A stretch of DNA of 64,000 bases from a virus. Its lineage: Duplodnaviria > Caudoviricetes. The stretch lies in the IMG/VR virus record IMGVR_UViG_3300025362_000477; one strand, given 5' to 3'. The notes under the pieces were generated by a model that did not search any database, was not told the origin of the DNA, and saw nothing but the letters and a program-made list of their open reading frames with translations. Shown here piece after piece: positions 40,253 to 48,492 of the stretch (its first letter is position 1; every line of letters begins with the position of its first letter). The translations under genes were made by a program, and so were the position numbers.

Positions 40253-42559
40253 TTAATTCCTAACTGCTATAAAACTATTTACAAAATCAACATCAACGAC
40301 ATCTTGAATATTAGTCAAAAGTGAAATGATCATATCTTTAGTCAATGATGAATTATTAACTAATTCTCTATAATGTAAATAATTAATTGTAATTTTATTA
40401 TCCATTCCAATATCCCATAAGAATATAGATCTCAAAACCTCAACTGATAATGGTGTTAAATCAATCTTAATATTTTTTAAATCTCTATAGCTATAATTGA
40501 TATGTTCAGCTATAGCAAGTGATTGATTCTGATGTGTTTCATTATCCTTTGTAAATTCTTTAATTAATCTTTTAAGATTGGTACTGTCATATTTAGTTTC
40601 TTTTATATCATATTTACTTAATATACCTGATGGTATATCATCGAAGTTGTTATATGTGATTTCATCATATATAATCTTCCCATTTTTTCTAATATTAAAT
40701 TCTAACGCTATAATCTTTTTAATTTGTTCACACCCAAGAAGATTATTTTTAAAGCTATCATAATTCAATTTAAGATTTAAAAAATTAAACTTCTTAAATG
40801 TATAATCAACGGTCAATTTATCAAAAGAAGCTGTAATTGCTTTATATATTCTTGATACTTCAACCTTTAATGATTCTTCTGATAGATCAAATTCTATAGA
40901 ATGTTTCATTTTAATATCTGTATTGATATTATTGAATGTTCCATTCTCTTTATACCTTCTCAGTCTATTAGTTATCTCTGATATGATAGTTGCTTCGTCT
41001 ACATCTTTAAATAATGATATAGCTAATGGAGACGCAATATTTTTAAAACAGAAACACATAAAATCACGATTATTCATTGGATTATAATCTTTATCCTTTA
41101 ACATATTACGTAACTGAGTATAATATACAAAATAGATAATCAAATCATACATTAGAGATTTCATCTCGGGTGTTGATTTAATAGATTCAAATACAATAGG
41201 AGATACATTGGCTGGAAAATCTATAGATGATTGCAAATTCTGCTGTAACGTATATTTTACATAATTTGCAATTAAATAATTTGCACCATTCAATTCTTCT
41301 GGTGATACTCCATCTAACGGATCAAATCCAAGTTTAGTTTGGATTAATTCACAAAATTTTGTAAATGGAAGTTCATCATTTATTATATTAATAGTATGCA
41401 TCTCTAAATTCAATACATCATTCTTCAAAATCTTTTCAGTAAATGACCCAGACGAAATAATATTCACATCTATCGTTGGCTTAATAATAGGTTTAGATTC
41501 AATTGTATCATCCCCTAATTGCAAGTCAACCTTTGGTGCTTCCGTTATTATAAATGAATCCAACGCAGATTGCAAACTCTCTGACATTGGTTCTTTTTTT
41601 ATCTCCTCAGTCATATTTTGCCATAGAACTTCCTTCAGATCAATCTTAGAATCTATTTTTACATCGAGATCTTTAATGACATTATCGGCAACAACTTCTT
41701 TTTTATCCTCCATCTCTTTTCCAATGTCATCTAATCCAAATATATCCTGATACTCTTCTGGAATTATATTTGCATCCAATGATTGTTCTGAAATGGGTTT
41801 ACTTAATTGTTTTGATATATCAGATAATCCAAAATCATCTTCATCTTTAACAGATTCAATTGGTTGTTTAGGTAATTCTTTAATAGGTAATTCTTCTGGT
41901 GATATAGGTTCAGAACTAGCAGTCCATGTATTATTCATCTTGGCTTGTTGTGTCAAAAGCTTAGTTCTATCTTTAAACATATTCATCAATTCACCATAAT
42001 AACTTGATGCCTTTTCATTTAGATCATGAACTTCCTCACACATCTTACCTAATAGAATTGAATGACTAGCATCTGATGAAATTTTGATGAAACTATCTCT
42101 ATATTCTACAAGGACTTTAATCATACTCAAAAAATCAAATAGAGGTAAATAAATCTTTTCAGAATCTAAATAATCATCATTTTTATCGCTCAAAATTAAT
42201 CTGATACATGATCCACCATATTCAGTTCTATGCAAAACAGATACAACAATAGTTTTCTTTAGCTTTATTGTATAATTTACAACTTTATTATTATCTAAAT
42301 TAATTTGATTGATATTAGAAACAAGATTTGTTTCAAATTTTTTCAATTTATGTATTATCTGAAAAACATCAGCATGAGCTAAATACAAATGATTATTACT
42401 CTTTGATTTAAATTGACTGATCGCTATTTTTAATTTTAGCGGGGATCCACCCCACTTATCAATCACTTTAAATTTATCTAGAGATAAATAAGATTTTGAT
42501 ACTTGTCCATCATTATATTGCCATAAACTTTCATTGAAAAATTCAACATCTTCGTTCAT
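40253..42559 (-). CDS. large hypothetical protein with an acidic low-complexity linker
   Basis: 768-aa ORF; no recognised motif. Confidence 0.7.
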   Translation of the reverse strand: MNEDVEFFNESLWQYNDGQVSKSYLSLDKFKVIDKWGGSPLKLKIAISQFKSKSNNHLYLAHADVFQIIHKLKKFETNLVSNINQINLDNNKVVNYTIKLKKTIVVSVLHRTEYGGSCIRLILSDKNDDYLDSEKIYLPLFDFLSMIKVLVEYRDSFIKISSDASHSILLGKMCEEVHDLNEKASSYYGELMNMFKDRTKLLTQQAKMNNTWTASSEPISPEELPIKELPKQPIESVKDEDDFGLSDISKQLSKPISEQSLDANIIPEEYQDIFGLDDIGKEMEDKKEVVADNVIKDLDVKIDSKIDLKEVLWQNMTEEIKKEPMSESLQSALDSFIITEAPKVDLQLGDDTIESKPIIKPTIDVNIISSGSFTEKILKNDVLNLEMHTINIINDELPFTKFCELIQTKLGFDPLDGVSPEELNGANYLIANYVKYTLQQNLQSSIDFPANVSPIVFESIKSTPEMKSLMYDLIIYFVYYTQLRNMLKDKDYNPMNNRDFMCFCFKNIASPLAISLFKDVDEATIISEITNRLRRYKENGTFNNINTDIKMKHSIEFDLSEESLKVEVSRIYKAITASFDKLTVDYTFKKFNFLNLKLNYDSFKNNLLGCEQIKKIIALEFNIRKNGKIIYDEITYNNFDDIPSGILSKYDIKETKYDSTNLKRLIKEFTKDNETHQNQSLAIAEHINYSYRDLKNIKIDLTPLSVEVLRSIFLWDIGMDNKITINYLHYRELVNNSSLTKDMIISLLTNIQDVVDVDFVNSFIAVRN

Positions 42560-42563
42560 AATG

Positions 42564-42806
42564 TTATACTCCTTTAAAAAAATTCCTTTTAGCCCATAAA
42601 AGATAACAGCAGTTCATAATATCGATCAAATTATGATCCATATCACCATCTACCTGAAATTCATGGAACTGTTGCATAAGATCATCGATTAGCTCATGTT
42701 CACTTTTAAATCTCCAGCTATTACCCTTAGAAATATTATGACCTTTTAATACTTTACGCATCTCACTGATCACTGCTTCAAAATATTCTTGGTTACTACT
42801 TGTCAT
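42564..42806 (-). CDS. small all-alpha protein, possible MazG-like NTP pyrophosphatase
   Basis: KG.SW...E...E....LIDIMNCCYLL pattern. Confidence 0.4.
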   Translation of the reverse strand: MTSSNQEYFEAVISEMRKVLKGHNISKGNSWRFKSEHELIDDLMQQFHEFQVDGDMDHNLIDIMNCCYLLWAKRNFFKGV

Positions 42807-43342
42807 CCAGAAAAATTCTCCATTAAATCACCCAAACTAACTTCCTTTACTAATTTTTGTTCGGGTTTTTGTTTTTCCATTCTTTTCCGTTCTGCCTTAG
42901 TAGTTTTCTTTTTCTTCGGCTTATAAAATCCAAACATCTCATATATTGAATCTTTTTCATCGCTAACATCAATAAAATCAACTAACATGAACAACTCTTC
43001 TTTTTTTAAGAAAGTATATTTCACTTTAATAGCATCAACCATTTTACTTTTTAATTTAGATCCTCTCTGAACGAATGGTGGTTTATATCCAGTTAGCTGT
43101 ATACACTGTTTCATAAATTTGAATATCTCACATCTATCCATTGAGAATAATCCATAATTATTAAACGTTTCATTAATATAAAGATTAAAATGACTCTGCT
43201 GAAAGTAATAAAGAATATACAATTGAGAAATAGATTTATCATTTACTACATCTTCAGGTATAAGGGTATCTTTACTCCCATCATTCAACCATCTAGATAG
43301 TAATGTATAATTTGATATTGGTTTTTTAGCTTTCGCCATCAC
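42803..43342 (-). CDS. hypothetical protein
   Basis: Co-oriented, overlapping ORF. Confidence 0.6.
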   Translation of the reverse strand: MMAKAKKPISNYTLLSRWLNDGSKDTLIPEDVVNDKSISQLYILYYFQQSHFNLYINETFNNYGLFSMDRCEIFKFMKQCIQLTGYKPPFVQRGSKLKSKMVDAIKVKYTFLKKEELFMLVDFIDVSDEKDSIYEMFGFYKPKKKKTTKAERKRMEKQKPEQKLVKEVSLGDLMENFSG

Positions 43343-44084
43343 ACATCTCCCACCATTTTTTAATGTAAGCTATAGTATTACATGATCTAATTGTTGGATT
43401 AATTGGATTCCTAAATTCACGTTCATATTTATTTATAATTGAATGATTTGCATCTGATATAAATGGGACAAATATACCAATACTAAACAATACTGCACAT
43501 TTTCTAAAGCATGCAGAACATTTCATACATTCATCAGTAATATATGAATATCTATCACCATCCATAAAATAATGATATGATTGTTTAGGTGTGGGATTAA
43601 AACAAGAAAAGGTATCTTTTAACAAATTCATCTTAAGTGCCGGATGATTACATGAATACCAACTGATCATATCAGATTTATAACAATTATAAAAGGGAGA
43701 ATCGATCTCACAATAACTCTTATTGACATTTGTTAATAGACGTGATACATCTCTACATACTTCAAATTTATTGTCACCAATCCTATCTGATAGTGACCCA
43801 CCCAACCATACTTTATCATAACCCAATGAATTCGCATATATAGTCATTAAAAGATTTCTATTTGGAATATGAGCATCATCGCATTCAATAGTTTGAAAAT
43901 TAAGATCTTCACAGAATCTCATATTACTTATATTTAAAGATTTAATCTTTTCAATCTCATTCTTACAATATCGACCCTTATGATTGAAATATAAACAATC
44001 AAATTGATGTCCATTATCTAAAAGATACTGTCTAGCGATAAAACTATCCAATCCACTGCTATAAAGTAAACATTCTTTTCTCAT
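43326..44084 (-). CDS. queC: 7-cyano-7-deazaguanine synthase-like PP-loop ATPase
   Basis: LLYSSGLDS, HIPNRNLL, K..MI, SCFNP...CMKCSACFRK zinc site. Confidence 0.82.
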   Translation of the reverse strand: MRKECLLYSSGLDSFIARQYLLDNGHQFDCLYFNHKGRYCKNEIEKIKSLNISNMRFCEDLNFQTIECDDAHIPNRNLLMTIYANSLGYDKVWLGGSLSDRIGDNKFEVCRDVSRLLTNVNKSYCEIDSPFYNCYKSDMISWYSCNHPALKMNLLKDTFSCFNPTPKQSYHYFMDGDRYSYITDECMKCSACFRKCAVLFSIGIFVPFISDANHSIINKYEREFRNPINPTIRSCNTIAYIKKWWEMCDGES

Positions 44085-45129
44085 TTATAATCTCCTTAAA
44101 AATATCTATTATATTATTTCTATTTTGTTCCCAGTCTCGTTTTTTGATTCTAAAAATTTGCAAACCTTCACTTAGATAATCATGATCCTTTCGAATATCT
44201 TTATCTATATAAATTTCCCAACCATCTAAAAAATGTTGACTCTCATCAAATTCAATAACTAATTTTAACTCTTCAATATATCCATCTGGAAAATATCCAA
44301 TTATTTTATGATTTCTTTGAATTTTTAAATCAGTATATTTTTGTAATTCGTTTAAACATTGTCTTTCATCATGACCTATTCGTGGACATAATGGTTCACC
44401 ATTAAGTTTTTGAGCCTCAATAAAAGAAATAGCAGAATTCCTACATAACATTCGACCTTCATCAGTCTTAGTCCAATGATCAACTCTATAACGTAATCTA
44501 GATGATTCTTTTTTCTTTTCTTTCACATAAGGTATTTGGGAAACATTATTCACACCATAAATTATATTACATGTATTTTTAGCTTTTAATCTAGATTTAA
44601 CATAATCTTTCCTTAATGAACTATCTCTTAATTTTTTCTTTACTATTGATGATTTTGAAACATTATCAACTCCATATTTTTGAATGACAGTTTTTTTTAT
44701 TTTTAATTGAATTTCCGCATTTCCCAGTGCAGATTTACAACCAAATCTTTTAATACATGTAATATATCCATTTTGTTTAATTTGATCATTCTGGTATGGC
44801 CGATTAACTCCATATCTATCTTGAAAAGTTTTGATCTGTTTAGACATTATCTCTTTATTTTTCAAATGATGTGTTTCACCATATCTTTGAATGTTAGTAG
44901 CTATATGTTTGTCTTTTACATCTTGAGAATTAGCAGAACATTTACGACTACAATATTTTGAATATCCACCAAGTCCATTAAATGTAGTATCGTTCCCACA
45001 TTGAATGCATTTTCCATCACCCGGTTTCAATAAATATTGATCATAATAATCTTTAAGATGAATTTTATGAGTTCTAATAAGATGAGTTCCTAGAGCCTTA
45101 TATTCTTTACCACACAGTTCACATTTCAT
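44059..45129 (-). CDS. free-standing putative homing endonuclease (family of 258..1412)
   Basis: CELC...H...H, YGVDNVS repeats, YFPDGYIEELKLVIEFDESQH. Confidence 0.8.
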   Translation of the reverse strand: MKCELCGKEYKALGTHLIRTHKIHLKDYYDQYLLKPGDGKCIQCGNDTTFNGLGGYSKYCSRKCSANSQDVKDKHIATNIQRYGETHHLKNKEIMSKQIKTFQDRYGVNRPYQNDQIKQNGYITCIKRFGCKSALGNAEIQLKIKKTVIQKYGVDNVSKSSIVKKKLRDSSLRKDYVKSRLKAKNTCNIIYGVNNVSQIPYVKEKKKESSRLRYRVDHWTKTDEGRMLCRNSAISFIEAQKLNGEPLCPRIGHDERQCLNELQKYTDLKIQRNHKIIGYFPDGYIEELKLVIEFDESQHFLDGWEIYIDKDIRKDHDYLSEGLQIFRIKKRDWEQNRNNIIDIFKEIINEKRMFTL

Positions 45130-45205
45130 AGTATATCCTACATTTTAATTTATTCATAAAATGTTTCAACCAGATGTAAATAGTATTAACTCCTTTTTAT
45201 TTTAT

Positions 45206-45604
45206 TCACAACTGTAGAGATTTGATATATTTTACAGCATCATCTACATCAGAAACAATCATATGTACATGAGCTTCAATCCATAAATCTCCTTGACATA
45301 TTTCATTAGGGTTTATAACAATAACAGGAATAGTATTTTGTAAGAATGCATGATATATTTCCATAGCTGTTCCAAAACTAGGTCTTTCAATATAAGCAAT
45401 TACTACATCACTTGAATTGATTAATGCTTTATCTCTAGGAACCATAGTTAAATCACATTCATTTGAAGGATCGGGATCTATAAACTCATAACGACCATCT
45501 AAATCATCTACAAAATTATCACACAATCTAGCTTTCCATGTATTAGCAGGTTCTTCTTCATATATAGTACCTGCTAAATAAACTCTTATCTTTTTATCAT
45601 TCAT
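45206..45604 (-). CDS. nucleoside 2-deoxyribosyltransferase-like protein
   Basis: VYLAGTI, FIDP, RDKALINSSDVVIAY, SFGTAMEI. Confidence 0.8.
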   Translation of the reverse strand: MNDKKIRVYLAGTIYEEEPANTWKARLCDNFVDDLDGRYEFIDPDPSNECDLTMVPRDKALINSSDVVIAYIERPSFGTAMEIYHAFLQNTIPVIVINPNEICQGDLWIEAHVHMIVSDVDDAVKYIKSLQL

Positions 45605-45903
45605 AATTCAATCCTTTGATTCAGCTCATTCAATGATGAGTTTGCATTATGATATCTCTGCCACCATAACATCATCGCTCTATTCGCAATGTCATGGAGG
45701 TGCAAGCAATCTTGATCAAGGTGCTGTATAAAGGCATCAGCCTTTAAATCTTTAGCGATATGATCGGCATAAAAAGGGTCATCCCACCCTCGATATCCCT
45801 GCGCGGCCTTTTCGTATAACCTAAATCGCATATCTTCTGTGAAAAGCGATAATGCTTTGTCAATCTCTCGACACTCTTTTGTATATGTTTTTTGTCTTGG
45901 CAT
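45601..45903 (-). CDS. cassette gene: small all-alpha phage protein (possible NTP-PPase-related)
   Basis: F.EDM..RL.EKA..GY.GWD...HDIANRAMMLW; reads through the relic core ATTATGA at 45646. Confidence 0.6.
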   Translation of the reverse strand: MPRQKTYTKECREIDKALSLFTEDMRFRLYEKAAQGYRGWDDPFYADHIAKDLKADAFIQHLDQDCLHLHDIANRAMMLWWQRYHNANSSLNELNQRIEL

Positions 45904-45925
45904 CTCTTTATTCTCCTGAACTTAA

Positions 45926-46004
45926 TCATAACAATTGAATGGAGAACTACCTCCAATCCGCTCGTTCCTCGCTCCTTTACGGAGTCTCATTCATGGCGTT
46001 CAGT
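45926..46004 (+). other. attC-1 (79 bp, complete)
   Basis: R'' TCATAAC-5nt-L'' AATGGAGA ... L' TCTCATT-6nt-R' GTTCAGT; left arm AAT[G]GAGA[A]CT[A]CC pairs with GGAGTCTCATT. Confidence 0.88.
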
Positions 46005-46231
46005 GTACTGAATGCAATCTGCACGAGCGATGGGTCCGCATCGCGGAACCGTGACGCCATCGTACCTTTCAGCCTTATTGTGACAACAAGCCTGCCGTGG
46101 TCTTCGTCCTCGAATTGAACCACATCACCAATGACGGGACGCACCGAACAAGATGCTGGACAAGTACCCAAAGGGGCCCTGTTGATCTCATTCATAGCCT
46201 CTCCGCTTGTACACTCATTATACTTTTTCAT
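45977..46231 (-). CDS. cassette gene, hypothetical
   Basis: Start MKKYNE at 46231 lies inside the attC-2 loop; ends LNAMNETP* inside attC-1. Confidence 0.65.
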   Translation of the reverse strand: MKKYNECTSGEAMNEINRAPLGTCPASCSVRPVIGDVVQFEDEDHGRLVVTIRLKGTMASRFRDADPSLVQIAFSTLNAMNETP

Positions 46232-46269
46232 AAATTCCCCCTTTGGGACTGTCAGCATTAGCGTTATAT
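46143..46269 (+). other. attC-2 (127 bp, complete)
   Basis: R'' ACCGAAC-5nt-L'' GCTGGACA ... L' TGTCAGC-6nt-R' GTTATAT; GCT[G]GACA[A]GT[A]CCCAAAGGGG pairs with CCCCTTTGGGACTGTCAGC. Confidence 0.9.
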
Positions 46270-46465
46270 GATTATAAAATCCTTGAACTCATTGATTATA
46301 TAATCAGTTTGGCTCGTTCCTTTAATATCTTGCAAATCATCAATCACAAAACTGATTGTTTTTGTGCACCTTTGCAACATGTATTTCAATCGTATTGCGG
46401 ACTAACGCGATATGAATCGAGTCAGCGGTTAATGATTCTTTTAATTTCAAAATTTCTGTTAACAT
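46264..46465 (-). pseudogene. cassette gene with a 1-nt frameshift (not in ORF track)
   Basis: GGAG RBS + ATG at 46465 (MLTEILKLKES...) to the TAA inside the attC-2 core spans 202 nt = 67 codons + 1. Confidence 0.55.
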
Positions 46466-46483
46466 TCCTGCTCCCTCATTTTA

Positions 46484-46541
46484 AGATAACAAAAACATGC
46501 ACCGTACGGCGTACTGCCGGCATGCGATGTTGGTGTTATGT
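46484..46541 (+). other. attC-3 (58 bp, right arm degenerate)
   Basis: R'' AGATAAC-5nt-L'' CATGCACC GTACGGCGTAC ... GTTATGT; left arm shared with attC-6. Confidence 0.75.
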
Positions 46542-46768
46542 TATTTAATCTCAATTCGTTTGCCACAAAACGGGCAGAATTTCCAATCCTGTTCTTTTGG
46601 CCCGAAATCCTCAAACCAATAATTAGCACCATAGCTTGTTTGCCAGTCGTTGGATTCTGGTTGATTTTCCCAGACCCAACAATCTACTGAGCAAGTACCC
46701 GAATGGGCTGTCAGAGGGCAATCGTCACGTCTTATCATATCACCTTTATCATTGTATGTTATTCGCAT
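46541..46768 (-). CDS. cassette gene: small zinc-ribbon-type phage protein
   Basis: WQTSYG...WKFCPFCGKRI; start lies inside the attC-4 loop after GGAG. Confidence 0.7.
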   Translation of the reverse strand: MRITYNDKGDMIRRDDCPLTAHSGTCSVDCWVWENQPESNDWQTSYGANYWFEDFGPKEQDWKFCPFCGKRIEIK

Positions 46769-46813
46769 TTCAACTCCTTGTCCCCTTTGGGACTGTCAGC
46801 ATTAGTGTTGGGG
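46674..46813 (+). other. attC-4 (140 bp, related to attC-2)
   Basis: R'' ACCCAAC-5nt-ACTGAGCA AGTACCCGAATGGG ... CCCCTTTGGGAC TGTCAGC-6nt-R' GTTGGGG. Confidence 0.8.
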
Positions 46814-47034
46814 AGAATTGGTGTCCGCCCGCACGCTCTCCAAAATGCATCCAGTTGTTCCAGCGTTCGGAACTTCATTTCTCCGTAGGTGTTATCTGTT
46901 TCTTCGACGCACTCGATTACTGCATTAAGTGTGCCCCATAAACGGCAAGCTATTGTGCCTGATCCGCAAACGCCTCTAGTTGATTTTAAATCTTCCTTGG
47001 CATTTAATATTCGCAACTTTAATCTATCTTTCAT
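46759..47034 (-). CDS. cassette gene, hypothetical
   Basis: GGAG RBS; C-terminus PNTNADSPKGDKELKCE is read through the attC-4 right arm. Confidence 0.65.
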   Translation of the reverse strand: MKDRLKLRILNAKEDLKSTRGVCGSGTIACRLWGTLNAVIECVEETDNTYGEMKFRTLEQLDAFWRACGRTPILPNTNADSPKGDKELKCE

Positions 47035-47120
47035 AATATTCTCCTTTTGGGGCTGTTTTTGGTTGTTTGTTTTCGTTGCTCATAATTCATTCTCTCCGGT
47101 TGTGCTGGCTCCCGTTGTCC

Positions 47121-47140
47121 GGTGAGCCAGAGCGTTATGA
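47121..47140 (+). other. attC-5, right half only
   Basis: L' GGTGAGC-CAGAGC-R' GTTATGA; no matching left arm found. Confidence 0.7.
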
Positions 47141-47341
47141 ATTTTTCAACCCTCTAATTTTACCAGCAATCTCTCGCAGTTCATCCGATTTAACTAAAAA
47201 ATCACCTTCAACGTAAGCCATACTCTCTTTAATGGCTTTACGTTGCTCGTTTTCGTATTTCATGCCTTGAATATCGCAACATACCGCTGTGCCCTCAATT
47301 GCGAGTGCTTCAAATTCTAAAGCTCTTTCTTCTCTACTCAT
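47135..47341 (-). CDS. cassette gene, hypothetical helical protein
   Basis: AAGGAG RBS and MSREERA start at 47341; stop TAA lies inside the attC-5 core. Confidence 0.7.
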   Translation of the reverse strand: MSREERALEFEALAIEGTAVCCDIQGMKYENEQRKAIKESMAYVEGDFLVKSDELREIAGKIRGLKNS

Positions 47342-47361
47342 ATTGTTTCTCCTTAATTTTA

Positions 47362-47426
47362 AGATAACAAGCACATGCACATGCACCGTACGGCGTACCA
47401 CAGACAGGTGATGCTAGGCGTTGGGT
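47362..47426 (+). other. attC-6 (65 bp, with a 6-bp duplication in the left arm)
   Basis: R'' AGATAAC-AAGCA-(CATGCA)-CATGCACC ... L' GGTGATG-CTAGGC-R' GTTGGGT. Confidence 0.85.
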
Positions 47427-47698
47427 TTAATAACATCATCCAGCATCCACCTTGCAAGCGCGACTACAGAGCATCTCTCACAATGCGATACGGCTTGGCA
47501 GTCGCACGGTCTTGGCTCAAAGCGCGTTAGCAAAAATTCCGCTGTTCGCTTGGCTGCTATGTGCCAGTGGTCTGGATGAAACTGGCACATAGGGGTACAC
47601 TTTCTTTCGCATCCAGCGCAATGCTCTGAATGCCTACCCAACAAGTCAGTCGAGCATACCTTTTGGGGCGTTTTCGGTTGTTCGTTTTCTTTACTCAT
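47414..47698 (-). CDS. cassette gene: Cys/His-rich putative zinc-binding protein
   Basis: HCAGCERKCTPMC...CDCQAVSHCERC; N-terminus reads through attC-7, C-terminus PNA* lies in attC-6. Confidence 0.7.
   Translation of the reverse strand: MSKENEQPKTPQKVCSTDLLGRHSEHCAGCERKCTPMCQFHPDHWHIAAKRTAEFLLTRFEPRPCDCQAVSHCERCSVVALARWMLDDVIKPNA
47636..47655 (+). other. attC-7, left half only
   Basis: R'' ACCCAAC-AAGTC-L'' AGTCGAGC; R'' is the exact complement of the attC-6 core GTTGGGT. Confidence 0.7.
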
Positions 47699-48492
47699 AA
47701 TCTAAACGCTTCACTCGATAAAAAATTTGTTGCATTTTTTCCTTCTGAAAATTCATATATTGGGATATTATACTTAATACATATTGGTGTAAGAAGGATA
47801 TTGGGGAACGTAAATAACTTCTTACTACTTGTAATATAATTAACGATCATTTGATTATCTTTTGTTATAACATGGTTGATATTAGTTAATTTCTTCAACC
47901 TTAATACATCAGAATAAGGCAGTATCTTATTAACATCTCCTATTAAACATATTATATAATCATTAAATCGTTTTGATATCTGTCCAATACATTTGAAATC
48001 TATTCTATTTCCGTTATTACTGTTTTCTAAATTAATAGTTATGAAATCTCTATGAAGTTTAATATCTTTTGTTTTATCTATATCAACAGATATTATTTCT
48101 TTAACTTCAATCTCCTCTAATATAGTTGGTGCTTTTTCCTTTGGTGTTGGTATAACAGCTGGCCGATCTATTTTTTCATCTTCTGTTCTATTATCAGACT
48201 TAATATAATTTTCAATACATGCACCATTATGTATATCTTTACCACATCGTTCACAAAGATTTTTCTTCTTTCTATAACTTATAATAGTTTCTTTTTTTCT
48301 TTCTCTTTTTAGATCCAATTGCACTTCTGGAGGTTCTGGTATCCCTCTCATATCAGACTTAATATAATTTTCAATACATTCACCTTCATGGATATCTTTA
48401 CCACATCGTTTACATAATCCTTTACGTTTTCGATGACCAATAATCACAGCTTTTCTAAGTCTTATTTTCTGTTCAGCTTTTGTTTCGCTCAT
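47695..48492 (-). CDS. hypothetical protein with a duplicated CxxC...H...C motif
   Basis: LCKRCGKDIHEGECIENYIKSD and LCERCGKDIHNGACIENYIKSD. Confidence 0.7.
   Translation of the reverse strand: MSETKAEQKIRLRKAVIIGHRKRKGLCKRCGKDIHEGECIENYIKSDMRGIPEPPEVQLDLKRERKKETIISYRKKKNLCERCGKDIHNGACIENYIKSDNRTEDEKIDRPAVIPTPKEKAPTILEEIEVKEIISVDIDKTKDIKLHRDFITINLENSNNGNRIDFKCIGQISKRFNDYIICLIGDVNKILPYSDVLRLKKLTNINHVITKDNQMIVNYITSSKKLFTFPNILLTPICIKYNIPIYEFSEGKNATNFLSSEAFRL

Larger units (their letters stand above)
45646..47698. mobile_element. integron-type gene-cassette array (attC cluster with no integrase in the window), ORFs inverted
   Basis: Five complete and two half attC-like sites plus one relic core; core G positions 45998, 46263, 46535, 46807, 47134, 47420; one short ORF per interval; GC visibly higher than the flanks. 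Confidence 0.85.

Noticed and set aside
45926-47655. Cassette-array repeats as CRISPR or simple terminators
   Set aside because: Sites differ in sequence but keep attC geometry; intervals are 265-350 bp and protein coding; no U-tails.
47708-47715. GCTTCACT as the missing L' of attC-7
   Set aside because: One base too long, no GTT core at the 6-nt spacing, and it lies in the upstream gene's coding end.
46243-47839. Plus-strand ORFs 46243..46548, 46636..46941, 46703..46888, 46889..47125, 47630..47839
   Set aside because: Antisense to RBS-supported minus-strand genes, and they cross attC boundaries; higher GC makes chance ORFs likely.
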